Origin: Octopus bimaculoides | Lineage: Eukaryota | DNA: 64,000 nucleotides | Assembly: GCF_001194135.2 (NCBI RefSeq) | Contig: NC_068982.1 | Coordinates: forward strand, 166,611,680-166,675,679 | Reading direction: 5' to 3' | Shown: positions 1 to 13,613 of the stretch, piece by piece | Layout: each line of letters begins with the position of its first letter | Position numbering within the stretch: position 1 is the stretch's first letter | Translations under genes and position numbers: made by a program | The notes under the pieces: generated by a model | Told to the model about the DNA's origin: nothing | The model's input: the letters and a program-made list of their open reading frames with translations, nothing else | The model's database searches: none

Positions 1-106
1 TCTTGTGAGAATATGTATGTGTATATGTGTCTGAGTTTGTCCCCACCAACATTGCTTGACAACTGATTTTAATGTGTTTACGTCCCCGTAACTTAGCAGT
101 TCGGCA
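1..106 (+). mobile_element. SINE family A (tRNA-headed, internal microsatellite), 3' part
   Basis: GTTTGTCCCC..ATTGCTTGACAAC..GTGTTTACGTCCCCGTAACTTAGCAGTTCGGCA matches the tail of the full copy at 47080-47460. Confidence 0.8.
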
Positions 107-259
107 GTGAAAAAGTCTTTAACGTTTTGAGCCTACGCTCTTCATGTGTAGTGGCTAGCAATCTGTCATGGCAAATGCCAGATATACATATATATAAAAG
201 TACATACTTATGTCTGTAAACGTGTATAATGTGTGCATATATATATGTGCTTATATGTT

Positions 260-298
<39 letters not shown>

Positions 299-909
299 TA
301 TACAGTTAGTGTAAGATGAAGTTTGTATTATAGCTTAAGAGATGTAGTTAATGTAGCATAGCCAATGAAAAGTAAGTTGATTTTACATCAAAGAGAGGAA
401 CAGAATAATGAAGCAAACCAACACAGCCTCCTGCAATTAGATGGAGCAAATGCAGCTGTTTGCTTTTAGGGATATATTTTAGGGATATATTTTATGGGAA
501 TGGGCACCCAATGCTTAGTACTTTACACATTTGCATTTTGAAATAGTGTTTGCATAGAGTTGTTGCCTGCATGACCTTGTAGGTAAATTTGAAATTCACT
601 TCCAAATGTTATTTCACTCTTTTCTTTTTGTAACATTGTTACATAAACATCAGGTGGTTTCCATTGAGATAAAAGTATTGTATAAAGACTAAAAATGAAC
701 ATGTCTAGCTGACATAGAAAGATTTAAATTATGCTAGAACTGGAAAGGTACTTGCTTTTGTCAGTTCTTAATGGATAAAAAAGAAAGTCAACTTTGGCAG
801 GATACAAACTCAGAAAATATAAAGATGTAATTGAATACCACAGGGCATTTTGTCTGCCCATCAACTAGTTATACCATCTATTGCAATAATAATAATGACT
901 ATAATGATG

Positions 910-2335
910 ATTTTGTTTATTAGTCACAAGAGCCCAAGAAATTAAGGAAAATTCCAGGCAAAAAAAAAACAAAAAACAAAACAAATACACGCTTTACAGT
1001 GAGTATAAAGAAATGTTTAAAACAAAATGACATAAAAAATTTCCCCAACGATAATGGGGTGCCCAGGGTAATTCAGGTGGAAATCTCACATAAAAGTCTG
1101 GGTTACTTTGTCACATCTAAATCACTAAAAGTACTTTCTCTGTTTCCTTCCTCCCACTTAGAGAAGCATACTTAGAGTAAGCCAATTCAGCCTTGCCAGT
1201 CTCACCTCTCTTACCCACCTTTTATAAAATGCACTAGAAAGCAGCACCTCCTTCTCTTTCTTCACTTTTCTTGTCAAGTGGTACTAGAAGAAGTTGAGTG
1301 TTTGGTCAGTGAGAAAAATGCTGGTCCTCAAGCTTTTCAAATGAGTCCACCACACCACTTTTCTTTGTTTGTTTGTTTTTTTTGTTTTTCTTTTTGTTTT
1401 TTTTTTGCTATTCTCACCAAGGAGAGGAAGACTAGCCACCCTTCCCTGCCAAAGGAGGGTGGTATGTTGATTTTTCACTACAGACTCAGCTGATAGCTGG
1501 ATTTGTTCTACATGTAATAGCAGCTGTTTGACACAAGCCCATAACTAGTAGTGCATGGACACTAAACAAGAGCAAATTGTCAACCTCGATGCATTTTGGA
1601 CAGATTTAGCTGTTGGCACATTCATGCCTATAGAGCTTGTCTTAAACAGATAATGCTCCTATTAGCAGAGAGTGTGAACGAGACCAGTTGTTTATATCCT
1701 TCACTAACCCTCCAAGAATGTAGGAGTTGTTTTATTGCTGCTGATGGCATTGTCCAGCTAGTATAGTACTAGGAGCACCTAACAGCATCCTAAATACCAA
1801 CGCCCAACCTTGGTTGGAGCTGCTGAAAAGATGTATTATACAAATGGAGCCCAACTAGTTTCCCTTCATTTTTGTTATCATCACTGCCACAGCAGTTCAG
1901 ATATTTCTGTTGGTGTGTCAGCCTCAGTGCATACATGTGTATTATCAATGACAGCATCCTGAGATCACAACAGAGTGGGTATTGGTAGCAGATGAATTTC
2001 CTGACCAGCAGAATGTGTCTTCCATAAGAAGTGGAAAAGCGGTCATACAGTAATACTACTGAGGTGGTGCAAATGTTGGCGATTTCTGTCCAACCTTTCA
2101 GGGAAAATTTCTTCTAAGCCCGTTTCCAAGTAAGAATGCTTAACCTATTTACAACTGCTTTCCATTTCTTATCTACCTGAAGGTCTAGTCCAAGCCAGGT
2201 CCAGAAAATTTTAACCAGGCCCTTGGTCCAGCAACAAAAATCAGCTTTGGTTGACATGGATTTGCCTCTCTCCATGCCAAGTTTCAAGACTACAGACTTA
2301 TCCCAGTTGATGTGTGCTCTTGTGCACTGCTGGAC
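910..2335 (-). mobile_element. Old Tx1/L1-like LINE, 3' part of ORF2 plus 3' UTR, heavily decayed
   Basis: Minus-strand translation fragments AHINWDKSVVLKLG, KIFWTWLGLDLQVDKKW and terminal KEKEVLLSSAFYKRWVREVRL* resemble the Tx1 post-RT region; many stops and frameshifts. Confidence 0.7.
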
Positions 2336-2929
2336 TTCATTAGTACTTTATTTTATTGATACAAGGTTCTATGAGCATGGAAAATTGTGAAGCACTCTGT
2401 GAAATACCATAAAGCATTTTCTGGTTCTTTATTGTGTAAGCATACAGGTTAACACTTAAAATACAAATGAGAGTATATAGCAATGTTTATGACTTTCCCA
2501 AAAGACATTAGCAACCAGTGCAAGAAACTGTGTTCTGAATTTGATTTGCAAACCACAGTATAGTGGGGAAATTCAGCAGTAAGCAAGCACAGAGTAAAAG
2601 CCCAAAACTCCAAAGATGTACAAAACTTTCTGATATACCAAATCTATTCCACTTCACCTCTTCTCTCCAGGTTTGAAATCAAACCGAAAAGATAATCTTT
2701 TAAGCAATGTTGAGAGAGCAAACGAATCAAGGCAAGTTAATCTATATGACACTGAATTGATAAATAAACAGCAAGCTGCTTCTGAGATATTTTATCTGAA
2801 TTTACAGTGAAATAGGATAGGAATGTTTCAAATTTAGATATAACTATCTTTCATTTCTAATGAGACACGATAACTGTGTCTTGCACAGGTTCAACATTCG
2901 TTCTTAAATATTTGTCACAATATCAGTCA

Positions 2930-3150
2930 TGTGGAGGTATGAGTGGAGAAGTTGCTGTTATTTAGCCTAGGTCAGCCATGATCAAGCAAAGATATGATCA
3001 AAGGTATTCCAGCTTTCACTTTCTCATTTTATTTATCAAGGACTACAATATTTCATCTATCTTTCCTCCTTTTTTAAGATAGCAGAGTGTGATTTGAAGA
3101 AATTTGGTTGCTATTTTTAGCAAGTCAAGCAACCATATAGAGGCTCCCTC
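2930..3150 (+). repeat. Interspersed repeat family D (unclassified; related pieces at ~5280-5495, 6170-6400, 10490-10670, 11310-11500, 36890-37085)
   Basis: Shared blocks GTTGCTGTTATTTAGCC..GGTCAGC and TTAAGATAG..GTGTGATTTGA..TTTGG.TGCTATTT in both orientations. Confidence 0.6.
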
Positions 3151-4166
3151 AGTGAAGTTTTCTGCATTTCTGAACATGTATCATTTGGACATGGGTTTTA
3201 TATACTTTACTGAATTGGTGCCTAAATATGTTTCTTGCAATGCATTGTGACAGTGAGTTATGGACAAAGAGGGAAGTAAGTGATGGAAAGAATGAGAGTA
3301 TACACAGCAAGTGAAGTTTGTGGTTTGTCACTAGAAGGGTCTCTTATTCACTGAGAATTAATACGTAATTTGGTGGTTTCAAGTGCTGAAACTGAATCCT
3401 CAAAAATTTACATACATAATTACATTATGTTAGAAAATAAAGTTGGACTTTGAGATGCAACTTTTCTAAGGAATATTGAAATAAATTTGTTAATCTGACC
3501 CTTCTAAATACTGGTACATTCAAACAATCATTATACATTGGCAGGTTAGTAATAATGTACATGAATATGAATCAAATTGAAAATAAAAAACAAATGTTGT
3601 TGCTATGCTATCAAATTAAGTAGTGATTTTGTTTTGAGAGGGTATGTTGGTGAAAGAACATAAGAATAGTATTTATATCAACAAACCTAAAAGAGCAGAT
3701 ATCAAAATCATTGACAGAACTAATATTTGGAAATAAAAACACTTCCTAGATTAACTCCTTACTCTCTCAACAAGATTCAAAACCCTAGATATCAATATTG
3801 ATTTCTTGAAGCTAAACAGAACAATTTTGATGACTGTGATATAACCAATTGAATAACTGCCAGTATATTACTGCCATTAAAAATTTGGCTTCACTTTGTG
3901 TTTAGTCAAAAGAAACAAATGTTAAGAAGAAGCATCCAGCTATAAAACCACAAGTTCTAACAATTTAATTATATATTTTTCAAATTGTTTGATGTATGAG
4001 GGCTTGAAGGCATGTGTACACACATGCACATATCAGTGAATATACACCAAAGTAAGCATATTACCAAATATGTATGCCTGTACATATCAGCATGCATGTA
4101 TACATATATATGCATGTATACATATATATGCATGTCACATGTGGGTATGAATGTAAGTAAGTACAT

Positions 4167-4206
<40 letters not shown>

Positions 4207-6420
4207 ACATTCCTGTGTGTATATTCTATAAAGTATATTGATGCTCAAGTTAAATATTTTCTGTGACTCATCCAGAAGAGAATTTTCTTTGAAATGAAGG
4301 GAAAAAGAATTGCTGAGACCTGAACAGCAGTTGTCAGCAAGGTAGGGGTAGCATCTGATTTGTGATAAGGAAAACAACAAAAACCCTCAGGAGAAGAATT
4401 AAGAGCAAATCAAGAAGAAAAACAAAATAATCATGACATGGAAGAAAACAAACATGAAAACTACAAAATATAAAAAAAAAAGATTTAAAATTTACCAGAA
4501 TAACCTTTCAATCAAATACAGATTCTAATAAAGTATAGAAACAGCTATTATAGACAAAACACAAAACAGTGTATCCTTTAAAAGTGACCAAGAATCTAAA
4601 AAAAATTATTCCATATTTATTTACAAAGACAAACAATATATGAATAAATGAGAGCAAAAAATAAAAAGCAAAATGCAAATATAATAGATTTGTTTAATAT
4701 GAGTGCAATAAAGAACTCTATAATAAACAGAACTGAATAAACAATGAGCAGAATTTATTAGGATGGGCTTGTGTATTTATGAACTACAATAAAGGAAATA
4801 GAGACTAAATTGAAAACAAATATGACACCAATTCCCCGGAGAGGGATGTTTCTCTTTGATCATAACATTATTGGCAGTCTGTAAATAGATTTGAATTTAC
4901 TAAAAAACTGAATACCAATAGAGATAAGAAGCCAGCTGTTTTGTAATATTTGATGAATGAGAGATTGTGTGAGTGAGAGAGAAAAAGTTAGGTAGAGAGA
5001 GAGAGATAGGAAGTATGTGTGTGTTTGATTGTGTGAGTTTGTGAGTGCATGAGTGTGTGAGCACATGTGCTTATCTGCATCTGTGCAAAAGTTATTGAGG
5101 AATATTTGTGTATTCAACATGATAATATTCGCTAAATCATTTTCTTTTCAGCATTGCAGAACTATTGTTTTCGAAATAGTATATGTCTTGCAATGTCTAA
5201 AGTTTAATATAATAAGCTACAAAACCAAACAGGATATTTGCAAAAGCTTTAGTTAAATGCAACTACACTTTATTCTCCTATTACAATGAGCAAGCTGTTA
5301 AGTGGTTGCTCAAAGAGCTAAAACTAGCAGAGTGACCTATTTCAAATCCCACCCTACACTCTAACAAAATAAAGAATATAAGGGGTAATGCTGTCCAAGA
5401 GTATAAGGGGTAATGCTGAATCTAAAAAAAAAGACAAAATGATTACTATTGGAATGCCTTCAGAGGTTTCCTTGATCAGAGTTGACCTTGAACTAAACAA
5501 TACACACACACGCACACACACACATGTATACACTCAAACACATTTTGCATACATTTTACCAAGATAATGAGTTTATGTAAGTATGGTTCCCTGGTTAATA
5601 GAGAACATAATCAGCTAAGGGATCACTGCAGTTAAATACTGGTTTATAATCAGTGTAGCAAAATCAGCTTCAGTGATGTCTAAGATGAGCTTGTATACAG
5701 TGTTATTAGTGAAAAAAGGACCCCTTCTAGATCTGTTTTAGACCTATAAAAGGTTATATAAAATGTACTGTACATTTAAACTGTAGGTTTCATTTTACAT
5801 GTGACTGCACTTTCCATCATAAAAATATGGTACCAGTACTAATTGAATCAAAATAAAAATTAGATCCCACTGATCAACTACAAGTCAACTACTGATATCT
5901 AGTGGATCAACTATTGATATCTCTAATAAAGCAAAATCAGCTAAGGAAGGAAAAAATGAAGTTTTACAGTGATGCTGTAATTTTATATAATTTTTTCTGT
6001 ATATTTTCCCAATTGTTGTAGTCAACAAGTGAATTACAAATGTATATTTCCTTCTATCTCAGGTATGCATCTGGGTTTTGTTAGGTCTCTAGCTCTCTTA
6101 ACAACAAATAAACCTTCACACTTAATTCAAACACTACAATCTTATGTAAAGAGGACACCACACATCACTCCTTGTCCACCTTTCCAACACAATTGTTATA
6201 CACACTTCATGCATGCCTTACATCTATGAAAAGACCAGCTAGAAACAGAAGCTAGATTTCACTCAAAATATACCCTGCCATCTTAGGAAGAATATATCAG
6301 ACAATGTAGTCCCAGATATGAACGACCAAAATATTCACTCACAAATTTTACAAATGCTAAGCCACACAATCTCTTCTGAACAAACATAGTTGCTACCACC
6401 TCTCTCTCATATATCTGTGC

Positions 6421-6479
<59 letters not shown>

Positions 6480-6519
6480 TAGATAGATAGCTAGATAGAT
6501 AGATAAATCATAGTCATGG

Positions 6520-6880
6520 CTAATGCCAGTGTTGCGTAAGTGGCACTCATACTAGTGGCATGTAAAAAGCACCCTTCGAATGTTGGACCTCACAAAGGAA
6601 GTGGTAGGTGACCGAGACCTTTGGTGATATACCATGCTTGAAAAGACCTGTCAAGCCAAATGAGATCGTAGTTGTGGTCACTGCTGGTGTTATATAACTA
6701 GCACCCATGCTGGTGGCATATAAAAAGTACCAACTACACTCTTGGAGTGGTTGGCATTAGCAAGGGCATCCAGCTATAGAAACCATGTCTAATCAGATTG
6801 GAACCTGGTACAGTTCCCCAGCTTACCAGTCAAACCATCCAACCTATGCCAGCATGGAAAATGGATGTTAAATGATGATA
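6520..6880 (+). mobile_element. Family B: RTE 3'-UTR-derived repeat/SINE ending in (GAT)n
   Basis: GAGTGGTTGGCATTAG.AAGGGCATCCAGCT..AAACC..CCAACCTATGCCAGCATGGAAAA..TTAAATGATGAT, the same tail that follows the RTE ORF end at 56207-56765. Confidence 0.8.
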
Positions 6881-6954
6881 TGTGTGTGTGCATTATATCA
6901 TATTTATGTAGATAGATAGATAGATATATGTGTGTGTGTGCATAATATATAAAG

Positions 6955-7145
6955 ATATTCTGTTATTTTGGTTCAGTCATTTGACTGAGACCATGCTGGA
7001 GCACCACTTTTAGTTGAGCAAATCAACCCCAGGACTTATTCGTTGTAAGCCTAGTACTTATTCTATCAGCCTCTTTGGCCAAACCACTAAGTTATGGGGA
7101 CATAAACACACCAGCATCTGTTGTCAAGTGATGTTGGCGGGACAA

Positions 7146-7187
<42 letters not shown>

Positions 7188-7342
7188 GATGAGCTTCTTT
7201 CAGTTTCTGTCTACAAAATCCACTCATAAAGCTTTGGTTGGCCCAAAGCTATAGTAGAAGACACTTGCTCAAGGTGCCACACAGTGGGACTGAACCCAGA
7301 ACCATGTGATTGGCAAGCAAGCTATTTACCACACAGCCACTC

Positions 7343-7345
<3 letters not shown>
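6955..7345 (-). mobile_element. SINE family A, near full length
   Basis: Reverse complement of the 47080-47460 type: tRNA-like head, CCTTG.GCAAGTGTCTTCTACTATAG core, (CA)n/(TA)n insert, tail. Confidence 0.85.
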
Positions 7346-7383
<38 letters not shown>

Positions 7384-10064
7384 AATCAAAATAAGCAACA
7401 AGGATATTCATGCAACTCTATTTAATTGAACAATGCAATCATTACATCAATTTAAAATGCAGAGCAATCCACAGCTGCACAAAGACATATAATTTAATTA
7501 AATTAGAACAGATGGACACATTAGTATAATTATACCTAAAAGTCTCCAAGAAGTTAAGGAAATAGACAAAGAACATGTTGTCTCTACTACAACAAAGAAG
7601 TTAAATAAATTGTCAAGAAGACTCTGCCTGTCACTGATTTTATTTGTTTTTATAGGGTCAGTTTTAATTTATAGACTAGTTTATCAAACCTTGTCTATCT
7701 AAGGCTGAGAGATAGGGGTAGGGCTGAGAGAGCAGACAGAAATCATAGTTGGTATAGTCATAAAAATCATGAGGTTTGGTAAAGGAAAACTTAAAACAAG
7801 ATGTTGGCTGACAACTTAGGGGGTCACCCACTAGCAGTCCATTGACAATGAAACAGGGGAAGTCTTATTATGTAGTACTATAGTTAAATGTTTTAAAACA
7901 ATGTTGCTATATTGTATACAGATAAAGTTTATGGCTATTCAGAGGGTTATTAAGAAGAATATATTAACAAAAGGATAGAAATTTATGGATACTTTTGAGT
8001 ATATACCAAACTTTTACCACAATAGAAGGAGGAAAAAAATTATTCAGAAATAGTTTAATATTTATACATATTGTACACTTAAATACTAACTCATCAGATG
8101 GTATCTGTGAATATTGATTAATTGGTATTAACAAAGGAGTATTGAGGTAAAAGAACATTTTAATTATATATTAATAAAGTTATAATCTAAGCAGTTTTTT
8201 TTTTTATATGTAATGAATATACCAGTATAATTTTATATAAGCTAGGTATGAATTTATAGAGATACAAAGATTAGCTTTATTTTTATGAATAAATAAAGGC
8301 TAATTATAAATTAATAAGGAAATGAAATAAAATAAAATAAAATAATCAATTAGGGCAGAATACCACAGAAATAAAATAGCTTAATTACTAATGCTATGGT
8401 AAAATATATTTAGCTTATTAACACCAATAGAGAAGATTTATAGAAAAAGTATAATAATTCAAAATATATTAGACTAAAAATTATATATTTACTCATTTAG
8501 CTAATATCAATAAAAGACTGATGTCTGGTATCAGTTAAAGGAATATTTAAGTTATGGAACATTCAAATTTTACACTAATCCTTCTATATATAAACTAAGG
8601 GTTATATTATAGGTTTAAGAAGTTATTGTTACTCCTTACATGATATTTATAGTTTCTTGGTGGTACTTGTTTAGAAGGGTTATTCATATAAAGGTCTTTA
8701 TAAAATACTAAGATCAGGAGGGTAGAGCCATTTAAGAAAGAGATAAATCAAGTAATCTCTAAAGATCATTTCAAACATTTTTGTCTTATTGTACAAAGTT
8801 AAAATTCAGGGTAATCAAGAAGATTATTAAGAATGAAATTTTAACAAAAGGATAAAACGTCTATGAATATTATGAGTATATACCAAATTGTTTTTTACCG
8901 GAATAGAGGGAGGAAAAGAAAGTTGCAAAGAAAATAGTTTAATATTTATTTACTTATTACCTATCTAAAATATTAACTTATTTTATGGTTTCTATAAAGA
9001 CTGATCAATTGGATTTACCTGGTATTTAATAATGGACCAACTGAGGTTAAAAAAACATATTAATTGTATACTGATTTAATTAAATTGAACTATTTTAAGG
9101 AGTATTGAGGGAGAAGGTTTAGTGCCAGGTGATGAGAAGTTAGGGCATGAATAGAGAGGCAGAAATAGGTGCCTTGCTGTAGAGGCGATACATGACCACC
9201 TCGGTTGGAGAGAGAGAGAGAGGGGAGGAGATATTGGATAGTTCAGCTATGACAAGGTACTTCTTACTGCCAACTAGACAGTCCTGTTGGGTTTTAAGTT
9301 CTGCTTCAATATATCTTTCAATTGTTTTCAAACAAAACATAGCATGCACAGTTATTTGATGGAAAGATATAGTTGGAGTCAATTGGCAATTAAGACCATC
9401 ATCAGTGTTTTTAATGTATCACATTGTTGGATAACTCTAATTAACATAGGCATTTGTCTCAGGTTATTAGTAGGACATTTTTCTGTTTACCACTAACATT
9501 TGATACAGTCCAGTTTCTAACAACTCACCACTATTGTTTGTCTTAATAGTCCCCAACAGGATAAAAAGTCAGAAGAACTTTGATAAACTCTGAACTTGTA
9601 ATTGTAGGTTATGAAACAAATCAATTTAGTCTGCTTCTTATGAGATAAAGGTGCTAAACCATTATCCACAAGGTCATGATTTCAGATTTGATATAAACCT
9701 AAGTAAGGCGTAAACATTAATCACCAGTGTATGTTCCATTATAGCAAAAGCGTTAAATGAAAGGTAGTTGTGAAGTGAACTAATAATCTAAGCTGTAAAA
9801 AAACTACAATTCAGTGAACAAATATGTATGTAATAGAAATCCAACTGATGATATTATTATTAAATGAAAGAACCCGAATGGAAAAGAGAAAGAAACAAAA
9901 AACTACAACAGTCGTCTTTAACAAGATGTCGAAGTTTAGTAAGATACAATGTGGTTAGCTTCCAAACAACATAGTACATCAATTCATCCAACTAAATCTA
10001 TCTTTCCATATTAAGAGACAGATTAATATCTCTTTTAAATATCTTAAACAATAAAGGCTTTAAT

Positions 10065-10260
10065 ATTTGGTTCTCATTGCAGAAACTGTTGAAAAGCTGA
10101 AACAAAAGTTCCAAACCTGAAAGAATTATCTAAGGTCAATATGGCAAAGATTAAAGCACTAGTGAGTAATGAAGAGAACTGTGGAATCTCGACATGTTAG
10201 AAGAAAACTGAAGAAAACATGGGAGGAAGAGTCAGATCATAAACAAGATGACAAATGATC
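10065..10260 (+). mobile_element. RTE LINE RT fragment
   Basis: LVLIAETVEKLKQKFQT*K followed (frameshift) by KVNMAKIKALVS, typical of the RTE segment after the catalytic motif. Confidence 0.6.
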
Positions 10261-12379
10261 AAAGACATATGGTAATAGGTTATATGGCAGTAATAATGTA
10301 TATAAGCATCAAGAAAAGATCAACGAAATAATTACACACAAATATACACATAAATATATATATATATGTATACACACACACACCTCTGTGAATATTTATA
10401 AATCGGATGAATAACTTTCTGAACGCACTTTAGAATGTCAATGACTAAAGGAGGTGTGCCATTGCAGATATGGAAACATTATAGTACAGCAGAACTTAAC
10501 TGTATAACTGAGCAGCCATGTAATCATTCAGCTTGCTAGAAAAAGTAGCCAAATACCAGTCTACCACCTTACAGAAGAGAAGAGATCCATTGGGCAATAC
10601 AAAAAGATGGGATTGTCACAACAGGGTCAACTTCATTATGGTTTCTGAGGTTAAACAACCGGATGAAAAAAGTTATACTCAGATTTAGAAGTGAGGAAAC
10701 AGTCAAACTTATTGGGAACATTTATGATAGAGCACAAAAAGGGAATACACAGTGAAACCTGTTAGGGCAAGATATTAACTGGTAACTTGATGATTAGATG
10801 TCACAAGTGAAAAAAGGAAAAAAATGACAAAGTAAGCTGGGAGTAGTAATTAAGACAATGTTATAGGTCATCAGACAAAAAAAAAATTCACAAATATTTA
10901 TATCACTTGAATTCATTCATATTTCAGCAACCATTTAAATATAACCCAAATTTATGATACCCACTATTTTGCAAATAATTCACTAGTAACCTTGGCAAAA
11001 CTGAAGTCAGTACACAAAATAGATGTCAATAGAAAGAAGAGATTTTCTTTCGTGAATTACATGAATATTCATAGGCAATGTGTGTATGATGGGGAGATTA
11101 CTTGCTTTTACAGAGAAATTAAGGGTAATGGAAAAAACACTTTTTGCTACTGTCTGAAGCCATTTTGTTTCAGTTATACATCGTTAATGCTCCCTTGGAA
11201 AATCATAAATATCCTAACATTTCATTTAACATCTTCTACAAATGTGTCTGTTTAATCAAAATAAATCAGTCTTAGCATAAACAGGATAGAAGATAAAATA
11301 TCTGCTCCCCAAGTGAGCCAGCGGTATGCTAAAAACTAAACCAAATTTCTCTCAAATCACATTCTACCATCTAAAAAGAAGGATACTTTGACTAATTTAG
11401 TGCCAAATATAGAATGTTTCAAAAGAAAAACATGATCGTCATGGGTGAAATGCTTCTGATTGTGAATCCCTTAGATCAGAGATGACCTGGGGGTTAAACA
11501 ACAGAACTAAAATATAAGAACACACAGACATCCGTTGTTACTCATACACTTGTACACTACTCTAACTCACATCTTTTGAACTACTTATAAATACAGTATG
11601 AGTAAAATGTTTAAGTATTTATCTTATAAAGAGATGTCCAAGTTCACTGTTATTGTTATAATAATACTCAGCAAGCTTTATCATCATATGCTACTGAATT
11701 TCGTTATCATTCATTTTATATGTGCACATGCTCGTTTATTTTAATTAGGCCTTAATTTTAGAAATTACAGTAGAAATACACTATGTGTACATTACTAATT
11801 GTGTGTTTAAAATAGAAATTTATTTCTGTAACTACATTTATTTACATGCCTTTCACTATTCATCCCACATGCTGAAACTTAAAAGCCAATGTTTTCATTC
11901 TAACAGGCATCTATTATTTTACTAGTCAAAATTACCACTGTTCCAATGTCTTTAAATTCTATTTCACACTAAAATTTACTTTTTATCAATTCTATTCAAG
12001 TTTTCCTTTCATTAAAAGCTATTCATAAATTCCTATAACAATATTTTTTTTTTTTTTTTTTCAGTTACGCTACTCACAATAAACTCTCCTGAAATCTTTG
12101 AACCCCTTGTTGGACTATTTTCATCTTCTAATTAGAAGTAACCAATATCACTTCAGGCAATTATTTCACCAGTAGTTGAGATTTTCATTATTGCCATGAT
12201 TACCAAATTTGCAGAGCACTTGCCAAACAAAAATTTTGGTTCTGAAGGCACTGAAACAATCCTAATAACTCCACAGAATTACTGAAAATAATCTGCAATT
12301 ATTTTGACATTTTGTTAATAGGGATGAATCTACAGAGAAGTGACGGTGGAATCTACATTGTTCAATAAGCGCTTTCAAC

Positions 12380-12608
12380 TTAACCCATTTGTTACCATAT
12401 ATCTTTTGAAATACAGTACCTTTATTTCAATCAATTTTTAAAATTAAAAGTAATCAGTAAAATATCTTTATCATTATTAAGCTGGTGTTTAGAACATAAA
12501 TTGATATAAAATTCTGATGGAAGGTTTTAATGGAGATCACTTTAAATAAGGAAGTTTCTATCACAGAACCAAAGCTAGTCTCAGGTTGGTTGGTACCAGG
12601 AGAGTTAA
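12380..12608. mobile_element. TTAA-flanked MITE (piggyBac-like ends), decayed
   Basis: TTAACCCATTTGTTACCA at the left, TGGTACCAGGAGAGTTAA at the right. Confidence 0.5.
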
Positions 12609-12859
12609 AAGAATTTTTGTTTTATTAATACTATATAATACTAGCTTGTTAATATTATCAGTAATCAAAATGTAAATTTATGATATTCATTCTTTCTCCC
12701 TAATGAAGTTGATTTTTGCCTTTAGTTCCTACTAGATCAATAAAATAAGAAGCACAGGGAATATCAGAAATGCTCTAATAAACACAAGAGTTAAAGGGTC
12801 CATTCTTAACTGTTTTCTACAGTGTTTTAACAAATGAGAGGTAAAACTCTCTCTGGGCT

Positions 12860-13345
12860 TGAGAAGACCTGGCAAGCCAAATGAGACCACAACCGTGGCC
12901 TATGCCAGTGCAGCATAACCAGCCCATCTAAGAGTACCCTTCAATCATTAGGCAATAAACTGCGCTTGCGAAGACCTGTTGAGGCAAGGGAAATCGTTGT
13001 TGTGGCCGATGACAGTACCGGCAGTGGCATGTTAAAAGCACCATTTGAGCATGATCATTGCCAGTGCCACCTGACTGGCTCCCGTGCCAGTGGCTCATAA
13101 AAAAGCACCATTCGAACGTAATTGTTGTCAGTGTCACCTGACTGGCCCTCGTGCCGGTGGCATGTAAAAAGCACCACTACACTCTCGGAGTGGTTGGCGT
13201 TAGGAAGGGCATCCAGCTGTAGAGATTTTGCAAGATCAGATTGGAACCTGGTGCAGCCTTCTGGCTCACCAGCCTTCAGTCAAACCGTCCAACCTATGCC
13301 AGCATGGAAAGCGGACATTAAACGATGATGATGATGTTGATGATG
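12860..13345 (+). mobile_element. Family B RTE 3'-UTR repeat with three ~60-bp internal tandem units
   Basis: Units GCCAGTG..CTGACTGGC..CGTGCC.GTGGCA.GTAAAAAGCACC; standard tail and (GAT)n. Confidence 0.85.
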
Positions 13346-13396
13346 ATAATATTAAAGTTTCTGGTGTATTCGGTGTGGGTATATCCTTGCTGTTTG

Positions 13397-13613
13397 TTAA
13401 CTTTTTAGCATTTAAACAGTCATATCCAGCCCAAATATTCTACCTGTTTTATGTCTGAACCAGCCAGATCTGACCTCTGATGCTTACCCTACAATGTCAT
13501 TCTCACAATACCTAATCATATCATCAAGATCTCAAAACTATGAGATTAATTCAAAATAATGTGAACAAATAAGCATTACATTTGACAGAGTAATGTGAAT
13601 GCTGAAGAATTAA
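13397..13613 (-). mobile_element. TTAA-flanked MITE, inverted relative of 30603-30830
   Basis: TTAA at both ends; interior is the reverse complement of 30603-30830 (ACCCTACAATGTCAT, AATAAGC.TTACATTTGACAGAGTAAT.TGAA). Confidence 0.7.

Noticed and set aside
93-290. Short ORFs rich in HT/VC/YI/N/L repeats throughout the window
   Set aside because: Translations of (CA)n, (TA)n, (TAA)n and (CAT)n microsatellites
7780-7900. RT motif in NGLLVGDPLS
   Set aside because: Resembles GxxQGxPLS, but no convincing flanking RT motifs and not conserved in the duplicate copy
7640-9100. Mitochondrial insertion (NUMT)
   Set aside because: AT-rich and hydrophobic, but no recognisable mitochondrial protein, rRNA or tRNA; stops persist under the invertebrate mitochondrial code
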